Part shown: positions 1 to 9,111 of the stretch, in pieces
Layout of the letters: the number at the start of each line of letters is the position of its first letter
How positions within the stretch are numbered: the first letter of the stretch is position 1
NCBI GenBank assembly: GCA_963677495.2
Contig: CAXXOU010000003.1
Span: 192,001 to 256,000 of the forward strand
Reading direction: 5' to 3'
Origin: Candidatus Cloacimonadales bacterium
GTDB taxonomy: Bacteria > Cloacimonadota > Cloacimonadia > Cloacimonadales > JAFGVF01
Length of the DNA stretch: 64,000 nucleotides
Notes under the pieces: model-generated
Database searches by the model: none
What the model saw: the letters and a program-made list of their open reading frames with translations, nothing else
Told to the model about the DNA's origin: nothing
Made by a program: the position numbers and the translations under genes

Positions 1-288
1 ATTAGGTCTCTGGAAAACCATCCCAACTCTTTCTCTGATCTTTGTGACATCATGTTTAGGGTCATAGATGTTCATATCTTCAAGATGAATATCACCTTTA
101 ATCTTACATGTTGCAACCATATCATGCATTCTATTGAAACTTCTAAGTAAAGTTGATTTACCGCAACCGGAAGGTCCGATTAAGGCTGTAATTTTATTCT
201 TGTAAACAGGCATATTGATGCCTTTCAAAACATGTTTATCTCCAAACCAAAGGTTGAGATCTTTTGTCTTTACCTGTGCTTTTACCAT
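1..288 (-). CDS. pstB: Phosphate ABC transporter ATP-binding protein (5' part; runs off window start)
   Basis: Hand translation from ATG at 288: MVKAQVKTKDLNLWFGDKHVLKGINMPVYKNKITALIGPSGCGKSTLLRSFNRMHD...RVGMVFQRPN. Walker A present; start overlaps the end of pstA. Not in the ORF track. Confidence 0.95.
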   Translation of the reverse strand, partial: MVKAQVKTKDLNLWFGDKHVLKGINMPVYKNKITALIGPSGCGKSTLLRSFNRMHDMVATCKIKGDIHLEDMNIYDPKHDVTKIRERVGMVFQRPN

Positions 289-1136
289 CTTCTATTTTTC
301 CTTATTCTATATCTTATAATGATTGCAGCAAAGCTGATTAATAAAACTAAGAGAAGCAGTACTACTGATGTACCATAAGCGATAGGTACCTGTTTGTCTG
401 CATGTGAGCCTTCTGTCATGAGTGCGTAGATGTGATATGGAAGTGCCATAACTTCATCGAATATTGAGGTAGGGAGTCTACGAGTGTAGAATGTTGCAGC
501 TGTAAACAGAATAGGTGCTGTTTCACCGGCAACACGACCGATACTGATAATTGTACCCGTAAGAATATTAGGTAACGCAGCCGGTAAAATAACTCGTGTA
601 ATTGTTTGTCTTTGTGTAGCTCCAAGTGCAAGTGATGCTTCCCAAAAATCGGTAGGAAGCTGTCGGATAGCTTCTTCACTTGTATTAATAATAACAGGAA
701 GTGCTAAGATGCCAAGAGTAAGAGCACCTGAGAGAATACATACATCTAATTGAAGCAAATTAACAAACAGTGTCATACCGAAAAGACCATAAATAATAGA
801 TGGTACCCCTGCAAGAGTATTAACAGCAACTCTCACTACTCTAACCATTCTACTCTTAGCCGCATAACTTGTCATAAAGATAGCTGTAAGAATTCCGAAA
901 GGCAATGCAAATGCAATTGAGAGGATTGTTAACCAGAAAGTACCTACGATAGCAGGATAAATTCCACCTTCTGTCATGAATCTTCTTGGTGACTGTGTCA
1001 AAAACTCCCAAGAGAGCATATGACCACCCTTAGAGAAAATCAAATATAGAAAAAGGACTAGGAATAAACCTGTAATCGCTACACTTAGAAACAAGCTGAA
1101 GTTACCGAAGAAAGAACCGATTTTACGTCTATTCAT
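282..1136 (-). CDS. pstA: Phosphate ABC transporter permease PstA
   Basis: LAGVPSIIYGLFG, EASLALGAT and GRVAGETAPILFT motifs; operon position. Confidence 0.95.
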   Translation of the reverse strand: MNRRKIGSFFGNFSLFLSVAITGLFLVLFLYLIFSKGGHMLSWEFLTQSPRRFMTEGGIYPAIVGTFWLTILSIAFALPFGILTAIFMTSYAAKSRMVRVVRVAVNTLAGVPSIIYGLFGMTLFVNLLQLDVCILSGALTLGILALPVIINTSEEAIRQLPTDFWEASLALGATQRQTITRVILPAALPNILTGTIISIGRVAGETAPILFTAATFYTRRLPTSIFDEVMALPYHIYALMTEGSHADKQVPIAYGTSVVLLLLVLLISFAAIIIRYRIRKNRRW

Positions 1137-2008
1137 TAGCGGTCTCCTCTCTTCTTAAGGAATACAACTTCAGTTATAAGGTTTGTCGCAAAAGTGATTG
1201 CAAAAAGAACTATACCGATAGCGTAAAGTGAATAGTAGTGATCAGAACCGAGTACACATTCACCCATCTCTCCTGCGATTGTTGCTGTCATAGTTCTTAC
1301 AGGACTAAAGATGCTCTTTGGTATAGTAGGAGCTCCACCGGCAACCATGAGAACAACCATTGTTTCACCTATTGCACGTCCAAATCCAAGAATAACTGAA
1401 CCAATAATACCTGATTTTGCAGCAGGTACAGTTACTTTAGTTATAGTTTCCCATTTATTAGCACCAAGCGCAAAAGAAGCTTCTCGCAATGTTATAGAAA
1501 CATTGGTAATAGCATCTTCAGACATACTAGAGATGATAGGTACACACATGATTCCCAGAATAATTGAAGCTGAAAACACATTGAGTCCGGTATTTATATT
1601 AAAAAGATTAGTTAGAAATGGGGCGAGAAATGCCATACCGAAGAGACCATAAATCACAGAAGGGATACCTGCTAACAACTCAATAATCGGTTTCAGAATC
1701 TCTTTCAGTTTAGGTGGGGCAATTTCTGCTATGAAGATTGCACTACCAAGTCCAAGTGGAACTGCTATTAAAAGAGCTCCAATGGTAGTAGCAAATGAAC
1801 CGACAATAAGCGTCCAGATCCCAAAGTCAGCCGGTTCTGATGTTGGATGCCAGGCTAATCCACCCAGGAACTTAAAGAAGTTGTAGCTCTTGAAGAGAGG
1901 AACACCTTCTATAAAGATACTCAGGATTATGGCAAATAAGAAAACAATAGTAAAAAGGGCAGCCACATAGGTTACACCTTTAAAAAACTTTTCTCGAAAA
2001 TCATTCAT
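1136..2008 (-). CDS. pstC: Phosphate ABC transporter permease PstC (likely start MNDFREK at 2008)
   Basis: ELLAGIPSVIYG, REASFALGA and GRAIGETMVVLMVAG motifs. The ORF-track start at 2050 lies inside a hairpin; AGGA precedes the ATG at 2008. Confidence 0.95.
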   Translation of the reverse strand: MNDFREKFFKGVTYVAALFTIVFLFAIILSIFIEGVPLFKSYNFFKFLGGLAWHPTSEPADFGIWTLIVGSFATTIGALLIAVPLGLGSAIFIAEIAPPKLKEILKPIIELLAGIPSVIYGLFGMAFLAPFLTNLFNINTGLNVFSASIILGIMCVPIISSMSEDAITNVSITLREASFALGANKWETITKVTVPAAKSGIIGSVILGFGRAIGETMVVLMVAGGAPTIPKSIFSPVRTMTATIAGEMGECVLGSDHYYSLYAIGIVLFAITFATNLITEVVFLKKRGDR

Positions 2009-2027
2009 TTCAGGTTCCTGTTTTTTT

Positions 2028-2064
2028 AAGAAAAATAAGGGCATATCCACGGGTGAATATACCC
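2028..2064 (-). terminator. Hairpin with U-rich tail between pstS and pstC (partial terminator or mRNA stabiliser)
   Basis: Minus strand GGGTATATTCAC-CC-GTGGATATGCCC followed by TTATTTTTCTT. Confidence 0.65.
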
Positions 2065-2089
2065 CATATTTTATTGTTTACTTGTTAGA

Positions 2090-2917
2090 TTAAAGAGCTA
2101 CGAAACCTTGCTCTTCAACGATCTTCTGACCTTCAGCTGAAAGGATGAAATCGATGAATTTCTTTGTCCAACCTTTAGGCTTTCCGTTTGTGTACATGTA
2201 AAGCTGTCTAGCGATTGGATATGTACCTGATTTGATAGTTGCCTCACTTGGCATAACACCATCGATTTTAATAGCACTGATTCTGTCTGTTAAGTAACCG
2301 ATACCTGCATAACCAATAGCACCTGGTGTGTCTGCAACTGTTGTTGCAACAGCATTATTAGAAGCGAGCATTAAAGCACCACTAATCTGTTTCTGACCGC
2401 GAAGTACAAGCTTGTTGAAAACTTCGAATGTACCTGAAGCAACGTCTCTGCTGATGCAAACGATAGGTTTGTTAGGACCGCCAACTTCTGACCAGTTAGA
2501 GATTTTACCGGTATAGATAGCTTGAACTTGATCTGTTGTAAGAGCTTTCACAGGATTACTTTTGTGAAGAACGATTGCGATACCGTCATTAGCTACAGCA
2601 TGTTCTACCGGGTTAACACCATTTTCTCTAGCTTGAACGATCTCTTTATTTTTGATGTTTCTTGAAGCATCACCGATGTCAGCTGTACCGGAAATGATTG
2701 ATGCGATACCAACACTTGAACCGCCACCACGAACTGTTAAGTTAACTTCAGGGAACTGATCCATGAAAGCTTCTGCACCAGCCTGTGCAATTGGAAGTAC
2801 TGTTGTTGATCCGGCGATTCTTACTGAGTTACCTTTGTTTCTGCGAGCAAAAGCAGGTGATACTACGAGTGTAAGGATTACACATACCAAGAGAACTTTT
2901 ACTAAGTTTTTATTCAT
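2090..2917 (-). CDS. pstS: Phosphate ABC transporter substrate-binding protein
   Basis: Signal peptide; IAGSTTVLP, GGGSSVGI, SRDVASGTFEVF and YPIARQLYMYT motifs. Confidence 0.95.
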   Translation of the reverse strand: MNKNLVKVLLVCVILTLVVSPAFARRNKGNSVRIAGSTTVLPIAQAGAEAFMDQFPEVNLTVRGGGSSVGIASIISGTADIGDASRNIKNKEIVQARENGVNPVEHAVANDGIAIVLHKSNPVKALTTDQVQAIYTGKISNWSEVGGPNKPIVCISRDVASGTFEVFNKLVLRGQKQISGALMLASNNAVATTVADTPGAIGYAGIGYLTDRISAIKIDGVMPSEATIKSGTYPIARQLYMYTNGKPKGWTKKFIDFILSAEGQKIVEEQGFVAL

Positions 2918-2934
2918 TTTTCCTCCGAGGGGAT

Positions 2935-3975
2935 TTACTTAAGTTTATGTGAGAAGATGTAGCGAAGCTGAACCATCATTGTATTGATGTCATCTGAATC
3001 ATCTTCAAATGATTTGATATTGTAGTTTGCCTGAACCATAACTTGTGGTTTGTTTTTTGCATCGCGAAGAAGCATCCAGTTTAAACCGGCCATGATTGTG
3101 CTGTCACTGTCATCATCATTATCAGTGTCTGGATCATGAATGTCATAACGACCTACTAAGTCGATATCAAGAGGAAGGTAAGCACCAAGTTTTACAACCG
3201 GCATGATTGAGATAACAGTTTTGTTTACATCTTCTGCACCGTCAGCTTCGTAAGAAGTTGTCTGCATTAAGTACTGACCGTCAACTGATACAGGTCCGTA
3301 AGCTACTTTACCAACAACAGCGATTTTTGAATAATCTTCTCTGTCATCTTCATCTTCTTCGTTCTTGCTGTTCATCATGTATGAACCACCAACCATAAGA
3401 CCTGGGAATGGTGTTAAGCGGAGGTTACCAACGAATGCCATTGAAGTGTTTGTATCATCTGAAGTACCCTTTTTGTAGCCTTCACCATTATAAAGACCTA
3501 AGTTATAAGTACCATAACCTGCAGGAAGGTAACCACCGTATGTGATACCATAGTCTGCTGATGATGCAAATTTGTACTTATCTGAAGGATCTTTGTCGAT
3601 CATAGTATATTCATATGTATAAATTGTACCGAAGTAAGTCTTCAAAAGACCGGCAGAAAGTTTACTATCTTTAAGCATCCAAGGGTATTTGAAATCAAGA
3701 TAAGCATACTTGATTTTAAGACCTGCACCGTCAGCAAATTCATCTGTGCTTCCAGAGAAGAAGTCAACATTAAAGCGACCACTGATATTGCTGTTGAATT
3801 TTGGTTCTAAGCGGAAATAACCTCTTGAGAGACCGAAATAGTTCTTTGTAGTTTCCCCATCAATAGACTCATTAGTCCAACGATTCCATAATTCCATTTT
3901 AAACTTTGTCTCGATTGCAGACAAAGATGTCGCCAATACAGCGATCATTAATAAAAAGAAGATAGCTTTTTTCAT
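2935..3975 (-). CDS. Outer-membrane beta-barrel, probable phosphate-related porin
   Basis: Signal peptide; alternating beta-strand pattern; LKIKYAYLDF, GLYNGEGY and VGRYD segments resemble OprO/P-like porins; first gene of the pst operon. Confidence 0.65.
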   Translation of the reverse strand: MKKAIFFLLMIAVLATSLSAIETKFKMELWNRWTNESIDGETTKNYFGLSRGYFRLEPKFNSNISGRFNVDFFSGSTDEFADGAGLKIKYAYLDFKYPWMLKDSKLSAGLLKTYFGTIYTYEYTMIDKDPSDKYKFASSADYGITYGGYLPAGYGTYNLGLYNGEGYKKGTSDDTNTSMAFVGNLRLTPFPGLMVGGSYMMNSKNEEDEDDREDYSKIAVVGKVAYGPVSVDGQYLMQTTSYEADGAEDVNKTVISIMPVVKLGAYLPLDIDLVGRYDIHDPDTDNDDDSDSTIMAGLNWMLLRDAKNKPQVMVQANYNIKSFEDDSDDINTMMVQLRYIFSHKLK

Positions 3976-4037
3976 TTTAGCTCCTTTAGATTTTTAGGTT
4001 GATACCTTCTAACATTTGCTCTTAAATACGGGATAAA

Positions 4038-4076
4038 TGTTAATCAATTATTAAGCAATTGTGAATTCCCTGTTAA
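4038..4076 (-). promoter_or_regulatory. Pho-box-like operator, four hexamers at 11-bp spacing
   Basis: Minus strand TTAACA-N5-TTCACA-N5-TTAATA-N5-TTAACA (plus-strand starts 4071, 4060, 4049, 4038) upstream of porin-pstSCAB; matches the Bacillus PhoP TT(A/T/C)ACA repeat pattern. Confidence 0.75.
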
Positions 4077-4309
4077 TTGGAGTGTTTTTCGAAAAAATGT
4101 ACCTTAATTATTAATCATTTTGCCCAAGATTTAGCAATCCGAGAACATATCCTTTTAGATACAGTATTATGTTCTATTATTAATCGTTACTTCATTCGAG
4201 GATCCTAAATGCAATGCTACATCTCTATATAGTGTGAGAATTATACCATTTATATCCCCCTCAAGACTCATGAGACTCAAATCAGAAATAAAAAATATTC
4301 TAATCTTTA

Positions 4310-4385
4310 CATTTCAGCATTGAACATTCAACATTCAGCATCCAGCATTCAGCATTCAGCATTTAGCATTTAGCATTTAGCATTT
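4310..4385. repeat. Heptamer tandem repeat CATT(C/T)AG, about 10 units
   Basis: cattgaa cattcaa cattcag catccag cattcag cattcag catttag catttag catttag. Confidence 0.9.
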
Positions 4386-4395
4386 CTTCAATTTT

Positions 4396-4549
4396 CTTTG
4401 CATCTCTGCTACAAGTCTTACTTTGTTATCATCAACCTAGATCCTTCTCTTTATCTAATCTTTACAAAACGCTTGAATCTCGCTTGTCCCACCCTATAGC
4501 CTCCCTAGACCCTCCCTATGAGCCCCTAAAGTTATCCACATCGTGTGCA
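4396..4549 (-). repeat. Dispersed repeat family A, copy 1, left part (interrupted by IS21)
   Basis: Reverse complement matches 22056-22177 and 38290-38390 (TGTGGATAACTTT..CATAGGGAGGGTCTAGGGAGGCTA..GGGACAAG.GAGATTC..AGACTTGTA). Confidence 0.9.
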
Positions 4550-4602
4550 TGTCAATGGCATTTTAAATTGGTACAGTTTGGCATTTAAAAATGGTACAGT
4601 CT

Positions 4603-5334
4603 TCATTTTTGAAAATTCCTTAGTCTAAAGCTGTCTCCGAGCATTGTAATTGGTTGTGAGTGATGGAGTAATCTATCAAGAATAGCAGTTGCTATCACAT
4701 TGTCGTTAAAAATAGCTCCCCATTCATTAAACAACCTATTCGATGTTATGATTACTGATCTAAATTCGTATAAGAGATGGATGAGTCTAAAGAACAGATT
4801 AGCTGCCTTTGTCTGGAGAGGAAGATACCCCATCTCATCTATAACTATCAGATCATTCTTGGCTATATTGCTTAGATATTTATCTATGTTGTTATCTGCT
4901 TCAGCTAGTACAAGTTCTTCGATAAGGTTGTTCAGATTATAAAACACCACCTTATATCCTGCCTTTATTGCTTCATAACTGAGTGCTGTTGCAACATGAG
5001 TCTTACCTACTCCCGGAGGTCCCATTAAAATTATATTCCTCCTCTGCTCCAGCCAGACAAAGTTCTTCCACTCCTTTACTTGTCTTTTGGTTATTACTTG
5101 TTGATAAGCATAGTCGAACTCATCAAAGGTCTTTATTACCGGGATGTGAGCCTGTTTAAGTCTTCTGTTGATATTGGTTTGATTCCTTCCTGAGTTCTCT
5201 TTTTCAAATAGATAATGTACGAACTCCAGATAAGTCATATTCTGTTTCTCTGCTTCTAAAACTGCACTTTCAAGAGTATTCAAAATATGAGTACAACGAG
5301 CCCTTTTGATGTATGTTTTAGTTATCTCTATCAT
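4603..5334 (-). CDS. istB: IS21 helper AAA+ ATPase IstB
   Basis: Walker A GPPGVGKT, Walker B LIVIDEMGY, ITSN and ATAILDRLLHH motifs. Confidence 0.96.
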   Translation of the reverse strand: MIEITKTYIKRARCTHILNTLESAVLEAEKQNMTYLEFVHYLFEKENSGRNQTNINRRLKQAHIPVIKTFDEFDYAYQQVITKRQVKEWKNFVWLEQRRNIILMGPPGVGKTHVATALSYEAIKAGYKVVFYNLNNLIEELVLAEADNNIDKYLSNIAKNDLIVIDEMGYLPLQTKAANLFFRLIHLLYEFRSVIITSNRLFNEWGAIFNDNVIATAILDRLLHHSQPITMLGDSFRLRNFQK

Positions 5335-5335
5335 C

Positions 5336-6811
5336 TTATAACACCTTCATGTAGTCATCTAATGAGCGCTCTATTAATGAACTCTCTGAGTCTTGTTGTG
5401 GTTCTGATTCTGATAATTCATTTAGCTTCATTTGTCTTACTTTTGCATTCAGAAGCTTCTCTATGGCTGTTGCCTTTACATGCGAAAGAGTCATTACCTC
5501 AGGAAGCACTGACTCCCATACATCTGTTTCATAGTTACGCTTAAACTTGCTTAAGGCTCTCAACTGATCCCTTGCTATTTTAGGGTTATCATTAACAAGC
5601 CTCTGGATTAGTTCTTCTCCTTGGATATATTCACTCATCTCATCCTTTACTCGCTCAATAAGCTCTTGTAGCACTACCGTAAAATCCCGATAATGATTAG
5701 TGTTTTTGATGATTTTGCCTTTTTCTGTGCATAGCTCATGTTGGCAGATTTCCTTTCTTGTATAAATATCCATCACCACTAAAGTGCTCTTTTCTTTTTG
5801 CACATATACCTGTTTTCGCTGATACTCTAATGGAACAGAGTACTTATTACCCTCATACGAGATTAAGCCTGTTTTATCTGCATTACGAACTTCTAAAGTG
5901 AAGATAAACTCTGGAATATCTTTTAGCTTTAACCTCTCTTCTTGCCATACTTCTGATGGTACTTTACGGGTTGTGCCATGGGTTCTGCCGTTAAAGTGTA
6001 AAAGCCACTCAAGTCCGCGTGAACGCAGGTCTGCCAGGTCTTTGAACTCTTTGCCATACATAAAGCCATGCTTTACTTCTGAGACATTACGCTCTACTTT
6101 ACCCTTGCTTTGTGGATCATAGCCTTCGCATACATGAGGATGAAAGCCCGTTTTTGCTGCAAACTGATGGAACTGATTATTTAAGATTACTTCCCGATAG
6201 CGTTCCTGTATTACTACAAGCTTTGTCTGGTCGTAAACACACTCTGAAGGGATACCTTCAAAATAGATAAAAGCTTCACGATGAGCTTCAATAAACCTTG
6301 ATGTGTTATATGGTGTTGTGCTCCAATGGACATAGCTTTGACGCGAGTGGGAAAGCACAAAAACTATAAAATAAACTCTTTGACGTTTATTACCCAAAAC
6401 TACTTTCATCTCACCTGGATCAACTTGAACCTGAACACCGGGAGCCGTCTCGATTACTGCATAATTACGGTATTTATCGACAGGATAAGTCTGCTTTAGC
6501 TTACGAACAAAATCTCGGAAAGCTCTGTCTTTTGCTTTTATCTCAGGGAACTTTTTCTTAACTTCTAAATATAGTACACTAGCTCTTAATCGTGGATATT
6601 TGCTAAGCCTTTCGCGGACATATTGCTCACATATGGCAAAACTGCTTTCACGAATGCTATTGTTTATTAGTTCCATGAACTCATCAAGTGTCATATTTAT
6701 GTATTTACCTACTGTTGTCTTTGATAGAGACAACTCCTCTGCGATCTTACGCTGACTATGCCCTTGCTTATGCATAGTTTTTATTGAATGATACACTTCT
6801 ACTCCAATCAT
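5336..6811 (-). CDS. istA: IS21 DDE transposase IstA (likely start MIGVEVY at 6811)
   Basis: N-terminal HTH; ETAPGVQVQVD, ECVYDQTK, PQSKGKVERNV and YSVP motifs; GGAG RBS before 6811. Confidence 0.96.
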   Translation of the reverse strand: MIGVEVYHSIKTMHKQGHSQRKIAEELSLSKTTVGKYINMTLDEFMELINNSIRESSFAICEQYVRERLSKYPRLRASVLYLEVKKKFPEIKAKDRAFRDFVRKLKQTYPVDKYRNYAVIETAPGVQVQVDPGEMKVVLGNKRQRVYFIVFVLSHSRQSYVHWSTTPYNTSRFIEAHREAFIYFEGIPSECVYDQTKLVVIQERYREVILNNQFHQFAAKTGFHPHVCEGYDPQSKGKVERNVSEVKHGFMYGKEFKDLADLRSRGLEWLLHFNGRTHGTTRKVPSEVWQEERLKLKDIPEFIFTLEVRNADKTGLISYEGNKYSVPLEYQRKQVYVQKEKSTLVVMDIYTRKEICQHELCTEKGKIIKNTNHYRDFTVVLQELIERVKDEMSEYIQGEELIQRLVNDNPKIARDQLRALSKFKRNYETDVWESVLPEVMTLSHVKATAIEKLLNAKVRQMKLNELSESEPQQDSESSLIERSLDDYMKVL

Positions 6812-6909
6812 ACCTACTCCAAACTGTCTTGAAGTAGTCATTTTTAAAGGTTGGCAGTTTTGTACCACTTTTCACTGCCATCGTGTACCATTTCTCACTG
6901 CCATTGACA

Positions 6910-6960
6910 GTGTGCATAACTTATTTAACGGAGAAAAGAAGTTCTTGAAGTAGGACATAG
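6910..6960 (-). repeat. Dispersed repeat family A, copy 1, right part
   Basis: GTGTGCATAACTTATTTAACGGAGAAAAGAAGTTCTT..TAGGACATAG matches the reverse complement of 21990-22062. Confidence 0.85.
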
Positions 6961-7019
6961 AGGAAGTGAAGCACAAGTAGTGTTATGTTAGTTAATTAGT
7001 GCAGGTCTTGAGAGATGTA

Positions 7020-7101
7020 ACTTGCACCGCAACGAAGTGTGGGGCGAGGTGTCAGGCTTCAAGGTAACCATTCCCGCCCCATGCTACGCTACGGTGCAGG
7101 T
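7020..7101. repeat. Hairpin repeat family B, copy 1 (REP-like)
   Basis: ACTTGCACCG..TGTGGGGCGAGGTGT..CATTCCCGCCCCATGCTACG..CGGTGCAGGT; direct repeat of 8849-8944. Confidence 0.85.
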
Positions 7102-7210
7102 CTGATGCGAATGTGGAGCAAGGAAATAAAGAACTTGCCAGTATTAGTCAATGTTTTAATATTCAATCGTAATTAATAGATATGTAGTTAGAACTCCAGC
7201 GGAGGATGAT

Positions 7211-8839
7211 ATGAAAATAGGTAGAAAACACTCTTTTTTAATGCACTTAATTCTTTTAATAGCGATAAGCACACTCTTTGCAGAGAATTCAATGGAACTA
7301 ATCTGGGAGAGCCAAGGAGAGCATCCGGACTCTGAGTATGGTTCCTCAATGACATCTTTGGATTTTAATGGTGATGGTATTGATGACTTGGTAGTTGGTT
7401 CAAGGTCTTATGAACCAGGTGAAACCCCATCTTTACTCGGTAAGATTTATTTCTATTATGGGGGGGGTAATTTTTCAACAACCCCTAATCTAACTATTAC
7501 CGGAGCTTATGCAAGTTATACTGGAGTCTCGTTACACAACTTTGGAGATGTAAATGGTGACGGTTTTGATGATCTTGGTCTTTATCACTATGTATCCAAT
7601 TATGATATAAAAGCTGTTATCGATATTTACTATGGAGGAGTAAATTGTGATACAATCCCGGATTTTAGCTATGATGTTATGCGTGGAACAGGAGATGATG
7701 AGATAGAAGATATTTTTTCACTCTATCCTTTAGGTGATATTAATGGAGATGGTTGTTCTGATGCAGGATATGTTCTTCTAGGTATGAGTCACGTAAATCC
7801 CTTTTCTCATTTCTATATTATATATGGTGATGAAGTGGACCCCTATGTAGATTTCTGGAAAGATACAGGTCCATATCGTAATGGAGATGTCATTAGCGGA
7901 AGTTCAATACGAGAGATAGGTGATATCAATAGTGATGGATTCGATGATTTTATTGTTGGCTATTTTGATGCTGAAGACCTGTTAATCAAAAACTCAATTA
8001 TCTATGGTGCAACTGTGGTTGATACAATTTTAACGAACATTGTTTTTCAAGGTACTAACTTTCTACCGGGTGGAGTTGCTTGCGGAGACATGAATGGAGA
8101 TAGTGTTGATGATTTCATTGGAGCTAAAAAATATGCTGGTACATGCCCGGGAATATGGCTGGGTGGGAATCAAAGCAATGTAGTACCTGATATTCACTTA
8201 TCAAATTATGGGCAATATAACAATGGAATAGCACATGGTGATTTGAATGGAGATGGTTATTCAGATTTAGTGATTGGTAGTCCTTGCTGGAGTTTAGATC
8301 AGGGAAAGGTCTATTTCTTCTTTGGGCATGAAGACCCCAATGGACTGCGGGATTATGAAATTGAAGCCCCTATCATAAACCATTCTGAATTTGGGACTTC
8401 CGTTGCAATTGGTGATTTTAATAGTGATGGATATGATGATACAGCAGTTGGGGCTCCCGGCACAGGTACAAATTATGCTGGACATGCCTATGTATATGCC
8501 GGCGATGCATCATTGTATGATACTACAGTATCAATCTCGGATGATACAATTCCTGCACCTTATGGAGTTGAGTTTACAGCATATCCAAATCCCTTCAATC
8601 CATCAGTGCAATTCAGTGTAAAGACAGATAAAGAGTATAATAAACTTGAAATACAGATTTATAATGTGAAAGGACAACTTGTAAATATACTTAATGCAAG
8701 TAAAACTCAAAAGGAGCAATCAGTTACTTGGGATGGAGTCGATAGTAAAGGTAATAAGGTAGCTTCCGGAGTATACCTATGTAAGCTAACCTTCGGGAAT
8801 ACTATTTTAAGTTCTGTTAAGGTATCTTTGATAAAATAG
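7211..8839 (+). CDS. Secreted FG-GAP (integrin-alpha-like beta-propeller) protein with FlgD-Ig/T9SS-like C-terminal domain
   Basis: Signal peptide; seven D(F/V/I/M/L)N(G/S)D repeats; C-terminal AYPNPFNP..IYNVKGQLV..WDG..ASGVYLCKL. Confidence 0.85.
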   Translation: MKIGRKHSFLMHLILLIAISTLFAENSMELIWESQGEHPDSEYGSSMTSLDFNGDGIDDLVVGSRSYEPGETPSLLGKIYFYYGGGNFSTTPNLTITGAYASYTGVSLHNFGDVNGDGFDDLGLYHYVSNYDIKAVIDIYYGGVNCDTIPDFSYDVMRGTGDDEIEDIFSLYPLGDINGDGCSDAGYVLLGMSHVNPFSHFYIIYGDEVDPYVDFWKDTGPYRNGDVISGSSIREIGDINSDGFDDFIVGYFDAEDLLIKNSIIYGATVVDTILTNIVFQGTNFLPGGVACGDMNGDSVDDFIGAKKYAGTCPGIWLGGNQSNVVPDIHLSNYGQYNNGIAHGDLNGDGYSDLVIGSPCWSLDQGKVYFFFGHEDPNGLRDYEIEAPIINHSEFGTSVAIGDFNSDGYDDTAVGAPGTGTNYAGHAYVYAGDASLYDTTVSISDDTIPAPYGVEFTAYPNPFNPSVQFSVKTDKEYNKLEIQIYNVKGQLVNILNASKTQKEQSVTWDGVDSKGNKVASGVYLCKLTFGNTILSSVKVSLIK

Positions 8840-8848
8840 ATGTAGTCT

Positions 8849-8944
8849 ACTTGCACCGCAGTGAGCAGTATTGCTGTGAATGTGGGGCGAGGTGTAAGGC
8901 TTCGAGTTTATCATTCCCGCCCCATGCTACGCCACGGTACAAGT
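8849..8944. repeat. Hairpin repeat family B, copy 2
   Basis: ACTTGCACCG..TGTGGGGCGAGGTGT..CATTCCCGCCCCATGCTACG..CGGTACAAGT, starting 10 bp after the stop codon. Confidence 0.85.
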
Positions 8945-9111
8945 CTGGTACGTTCATGGTTTTCCTAAAACATCAAACACTAACTCCCATATTTCCAACG
9001 ATTTTTATTGACCTCTTCTTTTTTCTTGATTATATGGCATATAGTCATAAAATATATAAATTTAAACCTTTAGAGATATCAAATAGAAAATAAATAATAA
9101 AGGAGAATTCA

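Larger units (their letters stand above)
4550..6909 (-). mobile_element. Complete IS21-family insertion sequence (2360 bp)
   Basis: Ends TGTCAATGGCA...TGCCATTGACA with internal TGGCA..TGGTACA sub-repeats; 7-bp direct repeat GTGTGCA at 4543-4549 and 6910-6916; encodes istA and istB. Confidence 0.97.

Noticed and set aside
7020..8944. Family B hairpins as integron attC sites
   Set aside because: No RYYYAAC/GTTRRRY cores and no integrase in the window
8851..9093. 80-aa ORF, and similar ORFs at 47678-48172 and 54297-54482
   Set aside because: They are translations of non-coding repeats with no RBS or protein-like features
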